Shown here: piece by piece, positions 10,558 through 22,229 of the stretch
Position numbering within the stretch: the stretch's first letter is position 1
Layout of the letters: every line of letters starts with the position of its first letter
Source: Selaginella moellendorffii
Lineage: Eukaryota; Plantae; Lycopodiophyta
Length of the DNA: 22,343 nt
Assembly (NCBI RefSeq): GCF_000143415.4
Contig: NW_003314262.1
Span: 4,562,868-4,585,210 of the forward strand
Direction of reading: 5' to 3'
Notes under the pieces: model-generated
Seen by the model: only the letters and a program-made list of their open reading frames with translations
What the model was told of the DNA's origin: nothing
Database searches by the model: none
Translations under genes and position numbers: made by a program

Positions 10558-13500
10558 ACATATAAATCATGCCATAACAGAAAAAGTGTGTCGGTCAACC
10601 TCAATGGACCCGTTCTCCAGGAAAAACAACTAGATCATTGTGTTAGATTCACTAGGGACACCTCACAAGTTCAAAGCATTGCTTTGGAGGAAGACCATGG
10701 TGGGAGCAGTGGTATCCAGATCCAAGTAATGGTTGATCCTGATCCAAGTGTTAGCATGTAGGAGCTAAATGGTTCTAGAGAACGTGGAAATGCAGAAGCT
10801 AGCTATAGCATAGGAGAAGCTGCTGGTAGTAGTGCCATAGGTGGTGGGGTGGAACTTGGTGGCAGAAATGAGGCACTTGGTGCTATAGGTGGTGGGGTAG
10901 ATCTTGGTGGTGGAAATGACAGACATGTTGCTGCTCCTAAAGGTCACAGAAATGAGGTGGTAACTATGCTAGAGACCAACACGATCTTGAATGAGCGAAT
11001 ACGCAAGACTATTGTCCAGGCTCAAGAACGAACTATCAGCAAGGTGTTAGGTGAAATGGCTTGGAAAGGATCCCAACATCTTCAGATTCCACTTTGCCAT
11101 CTTAAGCAGAGTCATTGGGTGTGCTCAGCCTATGATCTCAACATGGCTATTTATACCTCTTTCACAAAGGTTGGATTCGGGCACACTACTGGATCATTTA
11201 TTGTGTTCTCATCATTCCCCAGAACAAATCACATAGATATGGTTACTCACAAGATCAAGCAGACTTGGGATCAAATATGGCAGAGGAAATCTCAAGAGTT
11301 TGATATTTTGATGGCGTGCCACAAGGAGACACAAGCCTTTGTAGGCCGGATGTTCTTCATTATTGATGGAAACCACCGGTGGCTAGCATTTTAGAAGTGT
11401 ACCCAAGAGATATTCCAAGACGATGACAAGTGACATATTTGTGTTCTAGTGACACTTGTGGAGCCATAGGATCAAAACCAAGTTGTGATGCTCAACTTGT
11501 CATGTCACAAGATCACCATGTAAAAATCATTTACTAGTAACCTTTGTTCTCACCAACTATGTTACAAGCTTAATCAGTTTGCTTTCCAAGCATATACCTT
11601 GGTCCATGATATCGAGCACTTTCGATATGTTGGCATGCTTTCTCTCGAGGAAATCTAGATGCTGTATAGTCTTGAGGTTATGGAAGCAGTTCAAGCAAAG
11701 CTTGTAGCACATAAAGGCCAAAAGTTTCTTACTTGGTATCAGGTGCCTATGGATTTTGTGGTTGTGGTTTGGGCAAAGGTATCCTTTTCTTGCATGAACT
11801 TGTGTTTTCTACTCACAAGTTTTCCTTTTACCCAATTGTCAAGGTGGAGCAAAACTCATATTTGAAGATTACGCAAGTGATGGATGAGGTGCAAAAGAAT
11901 CTTGAATTGTGACAAATTGAGCAACGCATTTTGAACTCGAAGAAATCAAAGGTGAAGAAGCTACTTGCGATTGTAGACATTCGACGTGATAAAAATTGGC
12001 TGGATTGCATTGCAGAGATATGCTCTTGATCGATAACATCGCAAAAAGCAAGCTCTCCTTCAATAAACAAACCTCTCGCTTGGAGCTCCCCAACACTTGG
12101 CATCGTAACAATGATAAAAGGTTCGAGAGCAAACTTGAGAATGTGATGAAGGAGAAGCTCTATATCACTCAGAATATTATAGCTACTAAAGAGCTATTTC
12201 AAGTATGGGATACAAAATTCCTTACCAATGCCCGCACCAGCATAACACTTCCAGAATATGTTCGAGCTTCCCTTCAAGAGCTTGGGAATGGATGGCTTTC
12301 TGATGGCAACTCAAGCTCCATAAATTTCAAGAACTAGCTAGGCCAATTTTTTCTCTCATGCCGGATGGTATATAGATATATTGCAAGAAATTGATTTAAT
12401 AATGGCTCTTTTATAGATATTTAAATCATTGCCTAGGGGCTCTAGTATACATAGTAAGTGTTTTTTTCAAGCTCTTGATTGGTGAGAAGAAGCTTGGCAT
12501 GTATAAGCCAAAGTTCCATTGTCCCACTGTGCGAGAGCGAGAATTTTGTCCATGGTACTTGGAGTTGTGGAGGCAAGTGCCATCATCACCTTTTGAGCTC
12601 AATTTCTACCTCAAGTGTCATCTAGGTTTGACAAGTAAAACTTTCTATTAGTAACTTATGTTTCTACTTTATTGTAGAGGCACTTTTGGAGGGAGTGGAG
12701 ATGCCTTAAGACAGGGATGAGATTTATATTGAGCAGACTGAAGATGAATGAGTGGAGAACCTGGCTGAAAACTCTTCTACCCCATTTCATCCTATAGCAG
12801 TTGCTCATTCCCCAGATCCTACTGCCACTGCTCGTCCAACCCTGACTGCTCAAAATGTACGAAGGCAACTCCATAGTGAGGACATCCAAGAGAGTAAGAA
12901 CTTGATTTCTAATGATCTTGCTTATTGTAATTTGGTTGTAGATGTCAGAGAAACCAGCCAGCACTTTATATGTCCACGTACAAATGCATTCTTTCCATCC
13001 CTCCCCACTGCTATAGAGGATGACCTCCAAGAGTTATCTTCATCGGCTTCACATAAAAATGTATGAAAACAAACATGTATTAACTTTAATATTTCCCGAT
13101 TTTGAACACTATTCAGGTTCACCCTCTTTCTCCTGTGGGAAGTGTTGGCAATATGGAAATAGTTATTGGGGACTACTTTTAGCTTTCCAACAACATGAGC
13201 TGAGAGTCTTCTATGTTCCATCGATGGATGTGAGGATTGGGAATGAACAATACTTTCAGCATCAACCTCACATTCTTTGACTTGCCTGATGGGTTACCAC
13301 CTTTACAAGGCAACACTCCATCCTAGAACATCCTTTGACTAGACTATATTTCTCAAGTGATGGATGTGGCATCCAAGGTGTTGCGATATGAGGGCATTAT
13401 GCTAGTCATTCTTCCCCGTTCTTTATTTTGGGGAGGTCTTCTTGCAACGATGGCAGAGAATGATGACTCTAGATTGGTTGAGTTTGCATCAAGCTGCCTA

Positions 13501-14151
13501 CCCTCAAACATCCCGGTCGAAACAAAAGGAGCAAGTGGCTGAATCCAAAAGGTTTGCATTTCCTTATTTTTCATATCTTAAATTGATTCCCTCTTTTCAT
13601 TGTAGGTTTTAACATGGAACTACCATGCTCTTTGCTGCTACTCTTGCCATCACAGTATTACACGAGTTGATGAGCGTGCAAGTTTAGCATTGCTAGGATA
13701 TGATAGCTTAATAAATATCATCCCAAATGTCATCGACAAGGACCATTATATAGAGTTCCTTGGTTATCAACACTGTTCACCAAAGGCCATACAAATCCTC
13801 CTAGAGTTGTTTTGTCTTCTAAGAGGATTGTGCTTGATGCTACAACAAATTTTGGTTCGATGGTGCTAGCGGTTAAAGAGATTGGGTATGCAATTTTTGC
13901 ACTAGAGAAGGAGAGTGCATTTGAAGGTGTTCTTGGGACATTTCATAATAGGTGATAATAAAGTATAAATTTCTCATTATAGTAATTCCATCATGGTTAT
14001 GTATATTAGGTGGATCGATGACGTGGGCTATAATTTGCTATGTTATGCAGAAGCAATGGCACAAGCTTATATACAATAAGAGCCCACAGTTAAAGAGCAT
14101 AATATTATACAAACTCCTCCTTTTGTGGATGTGGATGCCGAGGAAGACTAA
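10558..14151 (+). pseudogene. Spliced gene encoding a ParB/Srx-like domain fused to a beta-class DNA N6-adenine/N4-cytosine methyltransferase-like domain; decayed
   Basis: IIDGNHR at 11359-11379. GT-AG introns 11779-11843, 12626-12677, 13061-13116, 13552-13605 and 13952-14009 join coding-like frames. MTase motifs in beta order: EIVIGDYF (III), INLTFFDLPDG..PS[W]N (IV), VASKVLRYEGIMLVIL (VI), SPKAIQILLELFC (X), IVLDATTNFGS (I), IGYAIFALEKE (II). Stop TAA at 14149-14151; AATAAA at 14282. Many premature stops and a few frameshifts; start codon and two introns (~11520, ~12368) unresolved. Confidence 0.78.
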
Positions 14152-14524
14152 GTTTAGTTTATTTTTTGTCAAATTTTTTAGTGGTAATATAGAGTTTCTT
14201 TTTTGATTTATGATATTTATTTTCTTATTAGACTTATATTATTTAGCTTTTTCTTGGACTGAAAATATATCTTAAGTTTTGAATAAAATTGTTGGTTCAT
14301 CCCAAACCAATCATTTAAACATCAACTTTTATATTTGGTGGATTATATTCACTTTCATTGACTTGAGCTCAACTCAAAAACTACCCAGCCCTAGTCCAAA
14401 TGCTTTCACCAATCTTTTAGGACCATTCCTTGACTCCACTTGACATTTAGCTTTTAGACTTTACTAATTAGACCACCCATAAAGTCCTTTTTTTGAGGTG
14501 CTACTTTTGAGGTGCTTTTGAGGT

Positions 14525-15563
14525 ACTGAGTCCAAGTCTAAATACTAATACAAGTTGTGGGGTGAAAGCCCAAAGCTATCGTCTCTTGGGGGGCGAGGGG
14601 TAGAGGCATTGTAGGGGGTTCAAAAGTATAGTATGGAAAGTGTGAGGGTTGGACTCAAGTGGAATCAGTTTGGCTAGGAAAGGCTAGTGTGACCTAAGAA
14701 GGCTATGCCCAAGTGTTGGGTGATGATATTGAGGAGTCTAAGGCTAGAGTGAATACAAGTTGACAAACAAGATAGCTTGGTAAAGTGTTTAAGAGTTGAT
14801 TCTAGTTCCCTCGGAGGATCGAATGGTCAATGCTCCTCTCACTATGGATAGCACTACTTACTTGGATACCTAGTGTGGCTTAATGGAACCTTGCTCTAGC
14901 CCCATGGCTAAGGCACCCAAAGGTATAAGGTGGGGAGAGTACCTATAAGGCTCATGTAGGGCCACAATGTTCCGAAATGTCATCCTAAAGCCCCGGATTA
15001 TGGAAAGGAAGAGGAATAGTCCTTTGGTGTAGTGACCAAGAATACAATCACATGGTGAGGAAGTCCTAGAGGATAGTGGGACTTAATGGTTGGGCTTTTG
15101 AGCCTTCGTCTAGTGAGGTGTAGGCAAGCATACTATGGATGATGAGAGATTTGGTGGGGACAAGAGAAGGGACATTGGGAAAGGGCATTCTCCATGTTTC
15201 TGAGCATTCTAAAGGTGCTAAGATGAGGTCAAAGGATAACCACTCATAGATGGATGGCCCAGTCTTTGAGAGATAGGCTTGTGATATAGGTGGTGTTGGA
15301 CTACCAATGTGACAAGGGTGAATGGGCATAGCCTCAGCATAACAGGCTGATATATCGGTGGTACATTTAGGTGTCAATCATAAGATTGAACATATCGAGC
15401 ACTTGGACCAAATGCAAAGGTTAATTGGTATAGATATCATTCACGGGGGTAGCATGTCCCCAAGTCTGGAGTAGGACTTATGAAGGTTGTGAGTGAGACT
15501 CCTCTAAGTGGTTAGACGTATGGTTAAGTGACTAAAGTAGAATGGAAAATTTAATCGCTTCTA
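14525..15563 (+). mobile_element. Copy of LTR-like family A lacking most of the hexamer array
   Basis: gagtccaagtctaaatactaat (compare 1168-1185) through gtgactaaagtagaatggaaaatttaatcgctt, collinear with ~1165-2187. Confidence 0.85.
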
Positions 15564-15795
15564 TTGTGATCTTAACTATAGTTATTTAACGCAACCACAT
15601 TATTTGATTTATTAAGTCAAACACTTTTAGAATCACATTCTCAACTCTCTGAGGAAAACCTTATACTGTTCCTAAGATGCCAAAGTAATTCCCTTATTGG
15701 CACTTTTCTATTTACCATATTGCTAATATATTTACGTATGAACTAAGGTGGAGAGTTATGCCTTCTCAATATGCTATTTCACGAGGATAGGCCCA

Positions 15796-16394
15796 TATAA
15801 ACTTCTAAAATTTGGTTTTCCCGGGAGGCCATCTAGCCCAATACTATTCAAACCCAAAAATGTTTAACCTCAAGTATCCCAAGACCTTTAACTGATTGGA
15901 AAAGGGGGTGCACTCTTGTTCATGTGCCTTTTCCCTCTATATTTAAACCCTTATGGATCTCTTCTCGAGTCGTTCTTTTTAATTATTTATAATCTATCAC
16001 CCTTCCCTACAAGTTCATGCCCTCGTGAATGGAAGCTGAGAGCTACAACTCTCCCAAGAGCCCTGCTCTCTTGACACCCTACCCCTTGGGTCGAGTCCAG
16101 CTGGGAGCAAACTAGACCTACTAGATGTTAATCTAATATGTGGTGTGATTCCCCTAGTCAACCAACAAAGTTGGACTCAAGACTTCTATGATACCAAATA
16201 TAAACTCCTAAATTTGGTCTCTTTGAGAGGTTGCCCAGCTTAGTATTATTTAAACCCAAAGACGTTTAACCCTAAGTATCCCAAGACCCTTAACCAATTG
16301 GAAAAAGGGGTGCACTTTTGTTCATGGGCCTTTTCCCTTTATATTTGAACCTTTATGGATCGTCTTTCGAATTTTTTTTGTTTTGTTGTTTACA
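15796..16394 (-). mobile_element. Complete TRIM (terminal-repeat retrotransposon in miniature), 599 bp
   Basis: Two 196-bp direct repeats (15796-15991, 16199-16394; tataaac...ttta(t/c)a). Minus-strand PBS tggtatcatag (16186-16196, tRNA-iMet-like). Minus-strand PPT gggaagggtgataga (15993-16007). TSD-like gccca/accca. Non-coding 207-bp interior. Confidence 0.88.
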
Positions 16395-16486
16395 ACCCAC
16401 TCTTGAGGCCTTCTAATGCCAATATAAGTGTTGATATACTCAACCATTAATAAGAGTCAGACTAAGTAATAGTTCCAATACCAACT

Positions 16487-17555
16487 TGTAAAACACTAAT
16501 TTTTCCATTCTACTTTAGTCACTTAACCACACTTTTAACCACTTGGAGGAGTCTCATTCACAACTTCCAAAAGTCCTATTTCAGACTTGGGGACATATTA
16601 GCCCTTGAGAATGGCATCTTTGCCACTTAGCCTTTGCACTTGGTCCAAATGCTCCACATGTCTGATCTCATAACTATTATCCAAAAGTACCACTGATATA
16701 TCATCCTGTTATGCTAAAGCCATGCTCATTTACCTTTATCACACCGGTAGTCAAAGGCCACCTTCATGACAATCCCATCTCTCAAAAACTAAACCATTTA
16801 TCCATGAGTGGTCATTCTATGACCACACCTTAGCATCCTTAGGATGTTTAAAGACATAAAGAACACCCTTCCCCAATGTCCCTTCTTTAGTTCTCACCAA
16901 GTCCCCATCTACGGTCATGCTCAACAATGGTCAAGGCCCAAAGGCCGACCACTAAGTCCCACTGATATCTAAGACTTCCTCACCATATGACCGTATCCTT
17001 ATTCATTACACAAAAGGATTATTCCTTTTCCTTTCCACAACCCAGGATTTCAGGATAACATTTCAGAACATTGTACCCCTATGCGAGCCTCTTGGGTACT
17101 CTCCCCACCTTCTGCCTTTGGGTGCCCTAGCCATGTGGCTAGAGTAAGGTTTTGTTAAGCCACGCTAGGTATCCAAGTAGGTAATGTCACCCATAGTTGG
17201 AAGCATCGACCATTCGATCTCTCGGGGGAGCTAAAGCCAACTCTTGAACACTTCACCAAATTACCCTATTTGTCCATCTGTGTTCACTCTAGCCTTGAAC
17301 TCCTTAGTGGTTATATCATCACCCACCATGTGGGTATAGCCTTCCTTGGTCACACTAGCCTTTCCTGGAAAACCTAACTCCACTAAAGTCCTCCCCCTAC
17401 TATACTTTTGGAACTCATTAAACCCTCTAGGGTTTGGGAGACAATTGTTTTGGGCTTTCACCCTTGAGCTTAGACTCAGACTTGGACTTGGATTTGGTCT
17501 CAAACTCAGTATCAAACTCGGTCTCGGACTCGGTCTCAGTCTTGGTCTCAGTTTT
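16487..17555 (-). mobile_element. Inverted copy of LTR-like family A, interrupted in its hexamer array by the Gypsy element
   Basis: Reverse complement of ~1100-2187. On the minus strand it ends ...ggaaaattagtgttttACA, followed by agt-tggtattggaac (16472-16483), a degenerate tRNA-iMet PBS three transitions from TGGTATCAGAGC. Confidence 0.82.
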
Positions 17556-17779
17556 TGTTAGGCGCCAGCTTTGACCACGTGGTCAATGTCGGTCAAAGGG
17601 AGGCTCAAGGGTATATTAAGGCATGTTAGGGTAAGGGACTTAACCTACCCTAGGGCTCACAGTGGAGCGGTGGCGCAGTGGAGCTTTTGAGGTAGCTCGG
17701 GGGTGGTTGGGTGGTGAGGAACCTCATAGCATAGTTTAGGGTGACTAAATCTCTGTTTTTTTTGCGCCGGATCATAACA
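17556..17779 (+). repeat. 5' LTR (224 bp)
   Basis: TGTTA...TAACA; first 114 bp match 22230-22343 with 5 mismatches, all transitions. Confidence 0.95.
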
Positions 17780-17780
17780 T

Positions 17781-17791
17781 TGGTATCAGAG
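17781..17791 (+). other. Primer-binding site (tRNA-iMet)
   Basis: TGGTATCAGAG one nt after the LTR's CA. Confidence 0.93.
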
Positions 17792-17803
17792 GAGTTGGTT
17801 GCG

Positions 17804-20800
17804 ATGGCCAACCAAGCTGAATGCTGGAATCCTATTATCGATGGTGGTGCCGATGATGGTGCCGATGAAGCTGCAGAGATTTGGACCATTCAAGATGTGG
17901 TTCATGAGCTGCGAGCCCTTAATCAAAATCAGCAAGAGATGCAAGACGAGATGCATGGCATGATGGATACCATGTCTGGGCGTGTTGAGGCACTCGAGGC
18001 TGGATGGGGTAGCACTCCAAGTAAGCCTTCTTTGGTAGATTGACTCAAGATTTCAACTTTTTCCGGTGATAGTGGTGTGGACAAGTGTCTTGCTTGGCTA
18101 GCCAATGTGAAGAAGTTCTTGGCTACTAGGGGAACTCTAAATGTAGAGGCTTTAGTGGCTATTCTGATGGTTTTGCATGATGTGGGTCTTTGATGGTGGA
18201 ATTGGCTTGAGGAGTCTCGTGTTGCGGATAAGAAACCACCAGTGTCTACCTTGGATGAGTTTGAGGCTGCTTTTTGTTTACATTTTGCCCCTCATTACGA
18301 CATGGTGAATGCTCGTACAGAACTTCGACATTTCCAGCAAGGGAAAATGACGCTTGGGGACTATATTGAGAAGCTTACTCGCTTGATTAGTCGTGTTTCA
18401 ATGAAGGATCCAAATCAAAACAAATCCTACTTCATTGATGGCGTACATAATGAGAGCATGCGGCAACACTTGTGTCATTCTCAGCCTACAAAGAGTTTGG
18501 AGGAGCTCTTTGATGCGGCTCGTCGACTTGACAATGATAAGCACAAGTCTCGCAAGTGTTCGTGGAGTCCTTCTGTTGAGAATCGTCGTGATGATCGCCA
18601 TGGACACAAGGATGGGAACAAGCATCACAAGTTGAAGTCGGTGGTGACTACCTCGGATGCAAAGGGGTCCAAGAAGCAGAAGTTCTTTGTGAAGAATTAT
18701 AAACAGGGTTGTCATCATTGCGGCGAACTTGGACACTACAAGGCTGATTGTCCGCAGTTGAAGAACAAGCAGCAGGACAAGAAGAATGGCCAATCTTCTT
18801 CTCACAGTAAGTTAAATACTAAAAAGTTGCAAACTTTGCAGCGTGAGGATGACGAAAACGACCATTCTGATCGGAGGAAGCGACTTTCAATCATTGCTCA
18901 TCAGCTCAACTGTGTGTGGAATATGATGGAGCTCGAGGATATGCATGAATCAACTTTAATGCTAGAGGGCGTGTTATGTGGCGATCTAATGTGGATTTTA
19001 CTGGATAGTGGGAGCAATAACAACTTTGTTTCGGCAAAGTTTGTTGCGGAGCATGGCCTGGTCATACGTGGAGTTCTTCCATACACAGTGGAAGGTGCAG
19101 CTACCTCTACTCAGCATTTTGATGCTTGTGTCAAGGGGTTGGAAGTGTTGGTTGGCAAAACCACACTTGTGGAGACTTTTTATCTTGCGGATATCCATCG
19201 TGTGGATCTCATTCTTGGGATGCCATGGTTGCTGAAGGTGGATTCAGAGATAAAGTGGAGTATTAAGCGTATCTCGCTGGAGTATGGTGGCGTTAAAGAT
19301 GTATGGTTTGGCGAGGGCGTTCAACCACCAGTTGTTATGCTCTCTGCTACATCTTTGAAGTGGGCTTGTTGTAATGGAAAAGCACTTTCAAGTTACTTGC
19401 TGTTTATTCATGACTTGGGAGACCAAGGCACGTGTGGGGGAGAAGCAGTAGTACGGGATGTACTTGACGAGTTTTTTAATGTTTTTCCATCTGAACTTCC
19501 TCATGGATTGCCTCTATTACGAGGTGTGGAGCATGGGATTACATTAGAGCCGGGGACGCTACCAATTTACCAGCATCCATTTTGGTTAAGTTATGCGGAG
19601 GAGCAAGAAGTTCAACGACAAGTCAAGGAGTTACTTGAGTTTGGATTTATTCAGCTAAGTAAGTCTCCGTTTGGTGCTCCGGTCTTGCTTGTGAAGAAGA
19701 AGGATGGTTCAATGCGAATGTGTATTGACTACTGCACTTTGAACAAGAAGACAGTGAAGGATAAGATGTCGATGCCACGTGTGGATGATATCCTAGACAA
19801 GCTTGGTGAAGCACAAGTGTTTACCAAGATTGATCTGAGGAGTGGATATCACCAGATTGCAATGGATGATGCATTTATCTCCAAGACAGCATTCAACACA
19901 AGCTTCAGACATTTTGAGTTTACAGTTATGTTGTTTGGTTTGACAAATGCACCAGCCACATTTACTCAGTTGATGATAGAGGTATTTGGGCGTTATCTTC
20001 ATGAGTTTGTGGAGATTTTCTTGGACAATATTCTTGTTTTTAGCAAGAATATGGAGGAGCATAAGGTGCATTTGTGTAAGGTTCTTTTGTTACTCCGAGA
20101 CAGCAAACTTTATGCAAAGAAGAGCAAAGTGAATTTGCAAAGTCGGAGGTGGAATATCTAGGCCATATTGTGACATCTAAGGGTGTTAAGACGGATCCAA
20201 GGAAGGTGGCTGTGGTAGAAAATTGGCCTACACCAACTACAGTGGCCGAGTTGCGCAATTTTCTTGGTATGGCTAGTTACTACTGATGTTTCTAGCATAA
20301 GTTTGCAGAGGTGGCTATTCCTTTGACGTGGTTGTTATGCAAGAATGTGTCATTCAAGTGGAAGAAGCCACAAGAGGAGAGTTTTGTGGTTCTGAAACAA
20401 TTGTTGAGTGAGACTTCAGTGCTTCGCATTGCTGATCCATTGAAACCTTACGAAGTGATATGCGATGCGAGTGGTTATGCACTAGGAGGAGTTCTCATGC
20501 AAGAGGGACAACTTATTGCATATGAGAGTCGAACTTTGAATTCCACGGAGCAACGCTATTCCACATTTGAGCAAGAGTTACTCTTTGTTGTTCATGCTTT
20601 GCAGACATGGCAGAACTATCTTTATGGTGCAGTATTCATGATGTTGACAAATCACAAACCACTTGTGTATCTTTTCACACAGAAGGAGTTAAACACTAGG
20701 CAAGCTTGTTGGATGGTCAAACTTATGGAGTTTGGGGAGTTTCCTATTGAGCATCGTCCGGGAAAATCAAATGTGGTGACAAATGCTTTATCTCGTGTTC

Positions 20801-22185
20801 GTCATGTGACAATGTTACAAACACGATTTTGTCATCATTTGAGTAAAGTGGTCAGCAAGTTTGGGCAGTTGGTTGAGCATTTTTAGGCTCAAGATGTTGA
20901 GGTGGCCTCTTTGCGAGACCAGATGGAAGCCCCTTTCTCATTGGTGGATGGGATTCTCTGCTACAATGGCCGTGTATATTTGTCATGGGTGGATGTGTTA
21001 ATTACTCAAGTTTTATTCCACTATCATGATTGTCTAGAGGCCAGTCATTTTGGGGGGAAGAAGACGTATGAGTTGATTAAGCGCAACTTTTATTGGAGGA
21101 ATATGAAAGTTGATATCCTCAAGTATTGTAAATCATGCGAGCTTTGTTAGCGGGTTAAGGTGCCACGGGAGAAGCCGGGGGGACTTTTGCAACCTTTACC
21201 TATTCCTCAGAGCCATTGGTGTAGTATCTCTATAGACTTCATCACTTGTTTGCCATGAACACAAAGGCAAAAGGAGCAAGTATGGGTCAAAGTGGATCGG
21301 TTGACGAAGTATGTGCGATTGTTGGCTCTTCGAAAGACTGTCACTGCCTTAGACTTGGCTGCGGTTTACTTGGAGAAGGTTTTTCTTGATTTTGGTTTGC
21401 CGGAGGACATCATTAGTGATTGAGATTCAAAGTTCACCAGTGGATTTTGGAAAAGCTTTGCAAAGGCTATGCAAGTGACTTTGAAACTCTCGAGTGGAGA
21501 TCATCCTCAGACGGATGGGCAAACCGAGCATGTGAACCAGGTGGTGGAGGATATGCTACGTTGTAGCATTGGTCAAAGGCAAAGACAGTGGGATTTATAT
21601 ATTCCATTAGTGCAATTTGCTTACAACAATAGTCAACACAGTGGAACCAAGCTAAGTCCTTCCTTTGCCATGTTTGGAAGGCATCCTCGAATAGTAGTGG
21701 AGTTGGGATTGCATTTGAGTAAAGACATTTAGGATAAATTTGATTCCGAGGCAACTGATCTAGCCACAGAACTTGATGAGATTCTGATGGTGTGCAAACA
21801 GAATTTGCAAGCAGCTCAGGATAGAGCGGAGAAGTTTGCCAATGAGCATTGCCAATTCCGGAAATAGAAGGTGGGTGATCTCATCTTTATGCAGATGATC
21901 TTTCCGTCAAGTGAGCGGCAGAACACTTTAGTGCCTTTACGGATAGGGAAGAGTGATAAACTTTCTTATCGATATGCTGGTCCATATGAAGTGCTGGAGC
22001 GCATTGGTAAAGTGGCTTATTGAGTGCGGCTGCCAGCTGGGGTGAAAATTCATCCGGTATTTTATGTCAGCCAGTTGAATGGTGTACTATCTCAGAGTGA
22101 CAGGCCCAATGCCTCCTTGATGTATACAGTTGTGGAAGATGGACCAGGAGCTTGAGCAAGGTTTCCTAGAAAGGGTGATCACTAG
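17804..22185 (+). pseudogene. gag-pol: gag-pol polyprotein, inactivated
   Basis: ATG 17804 is in frame with 18242-20161 across TGA stops at 18041 and 18191. Motifs: CHHCGELGHYKADC zinc knuckle; LLDSGS protease; RT KKKDGSMRMCIDY..KIDLRSGYHQI..FGLTNAPATF..FLDN (YxDD damaged); frameshift ~20130; RH VICDAS..AYES..EQELL; INT YH..SHFG..CKSCELC, SIDF, IISD, QTDGQTE; AGPY..IHPVFYVSQL. Confidence 0.95.
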
Positions 22186-22216
22186 TACAACTTGTCCTTG
22201 GGACAATGACTTTGTT

Positions 22217-22228
22217 GGGGGGGAAGAA
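22217..22228 (+). other. Polypurine tract
   Basis: gggggggaagaa just before TGTTAGG at 22230. Confidence 0.9.
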
Positions 22229-22229
22229 T

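Noticed and set aside
13020-13280. ORF 13020-13280 (and 13952-14206) as real proteins
   Set aside because: They run through predicted introns in frames different from the one carrying the MTase motifs.
14360-14395. Helitron 3' end (ttgagctcaa palindrome, then CTAG-T)
   Set aside because: The hairpin is short, AT-rich and too far from the CTAG; no Rep/helicase or defined 5' end.
18398-20258. Small overlapping or antisense ORFs within gag-pol
   Set aside because: Shadow frames of the retrotransposon polyprotein.
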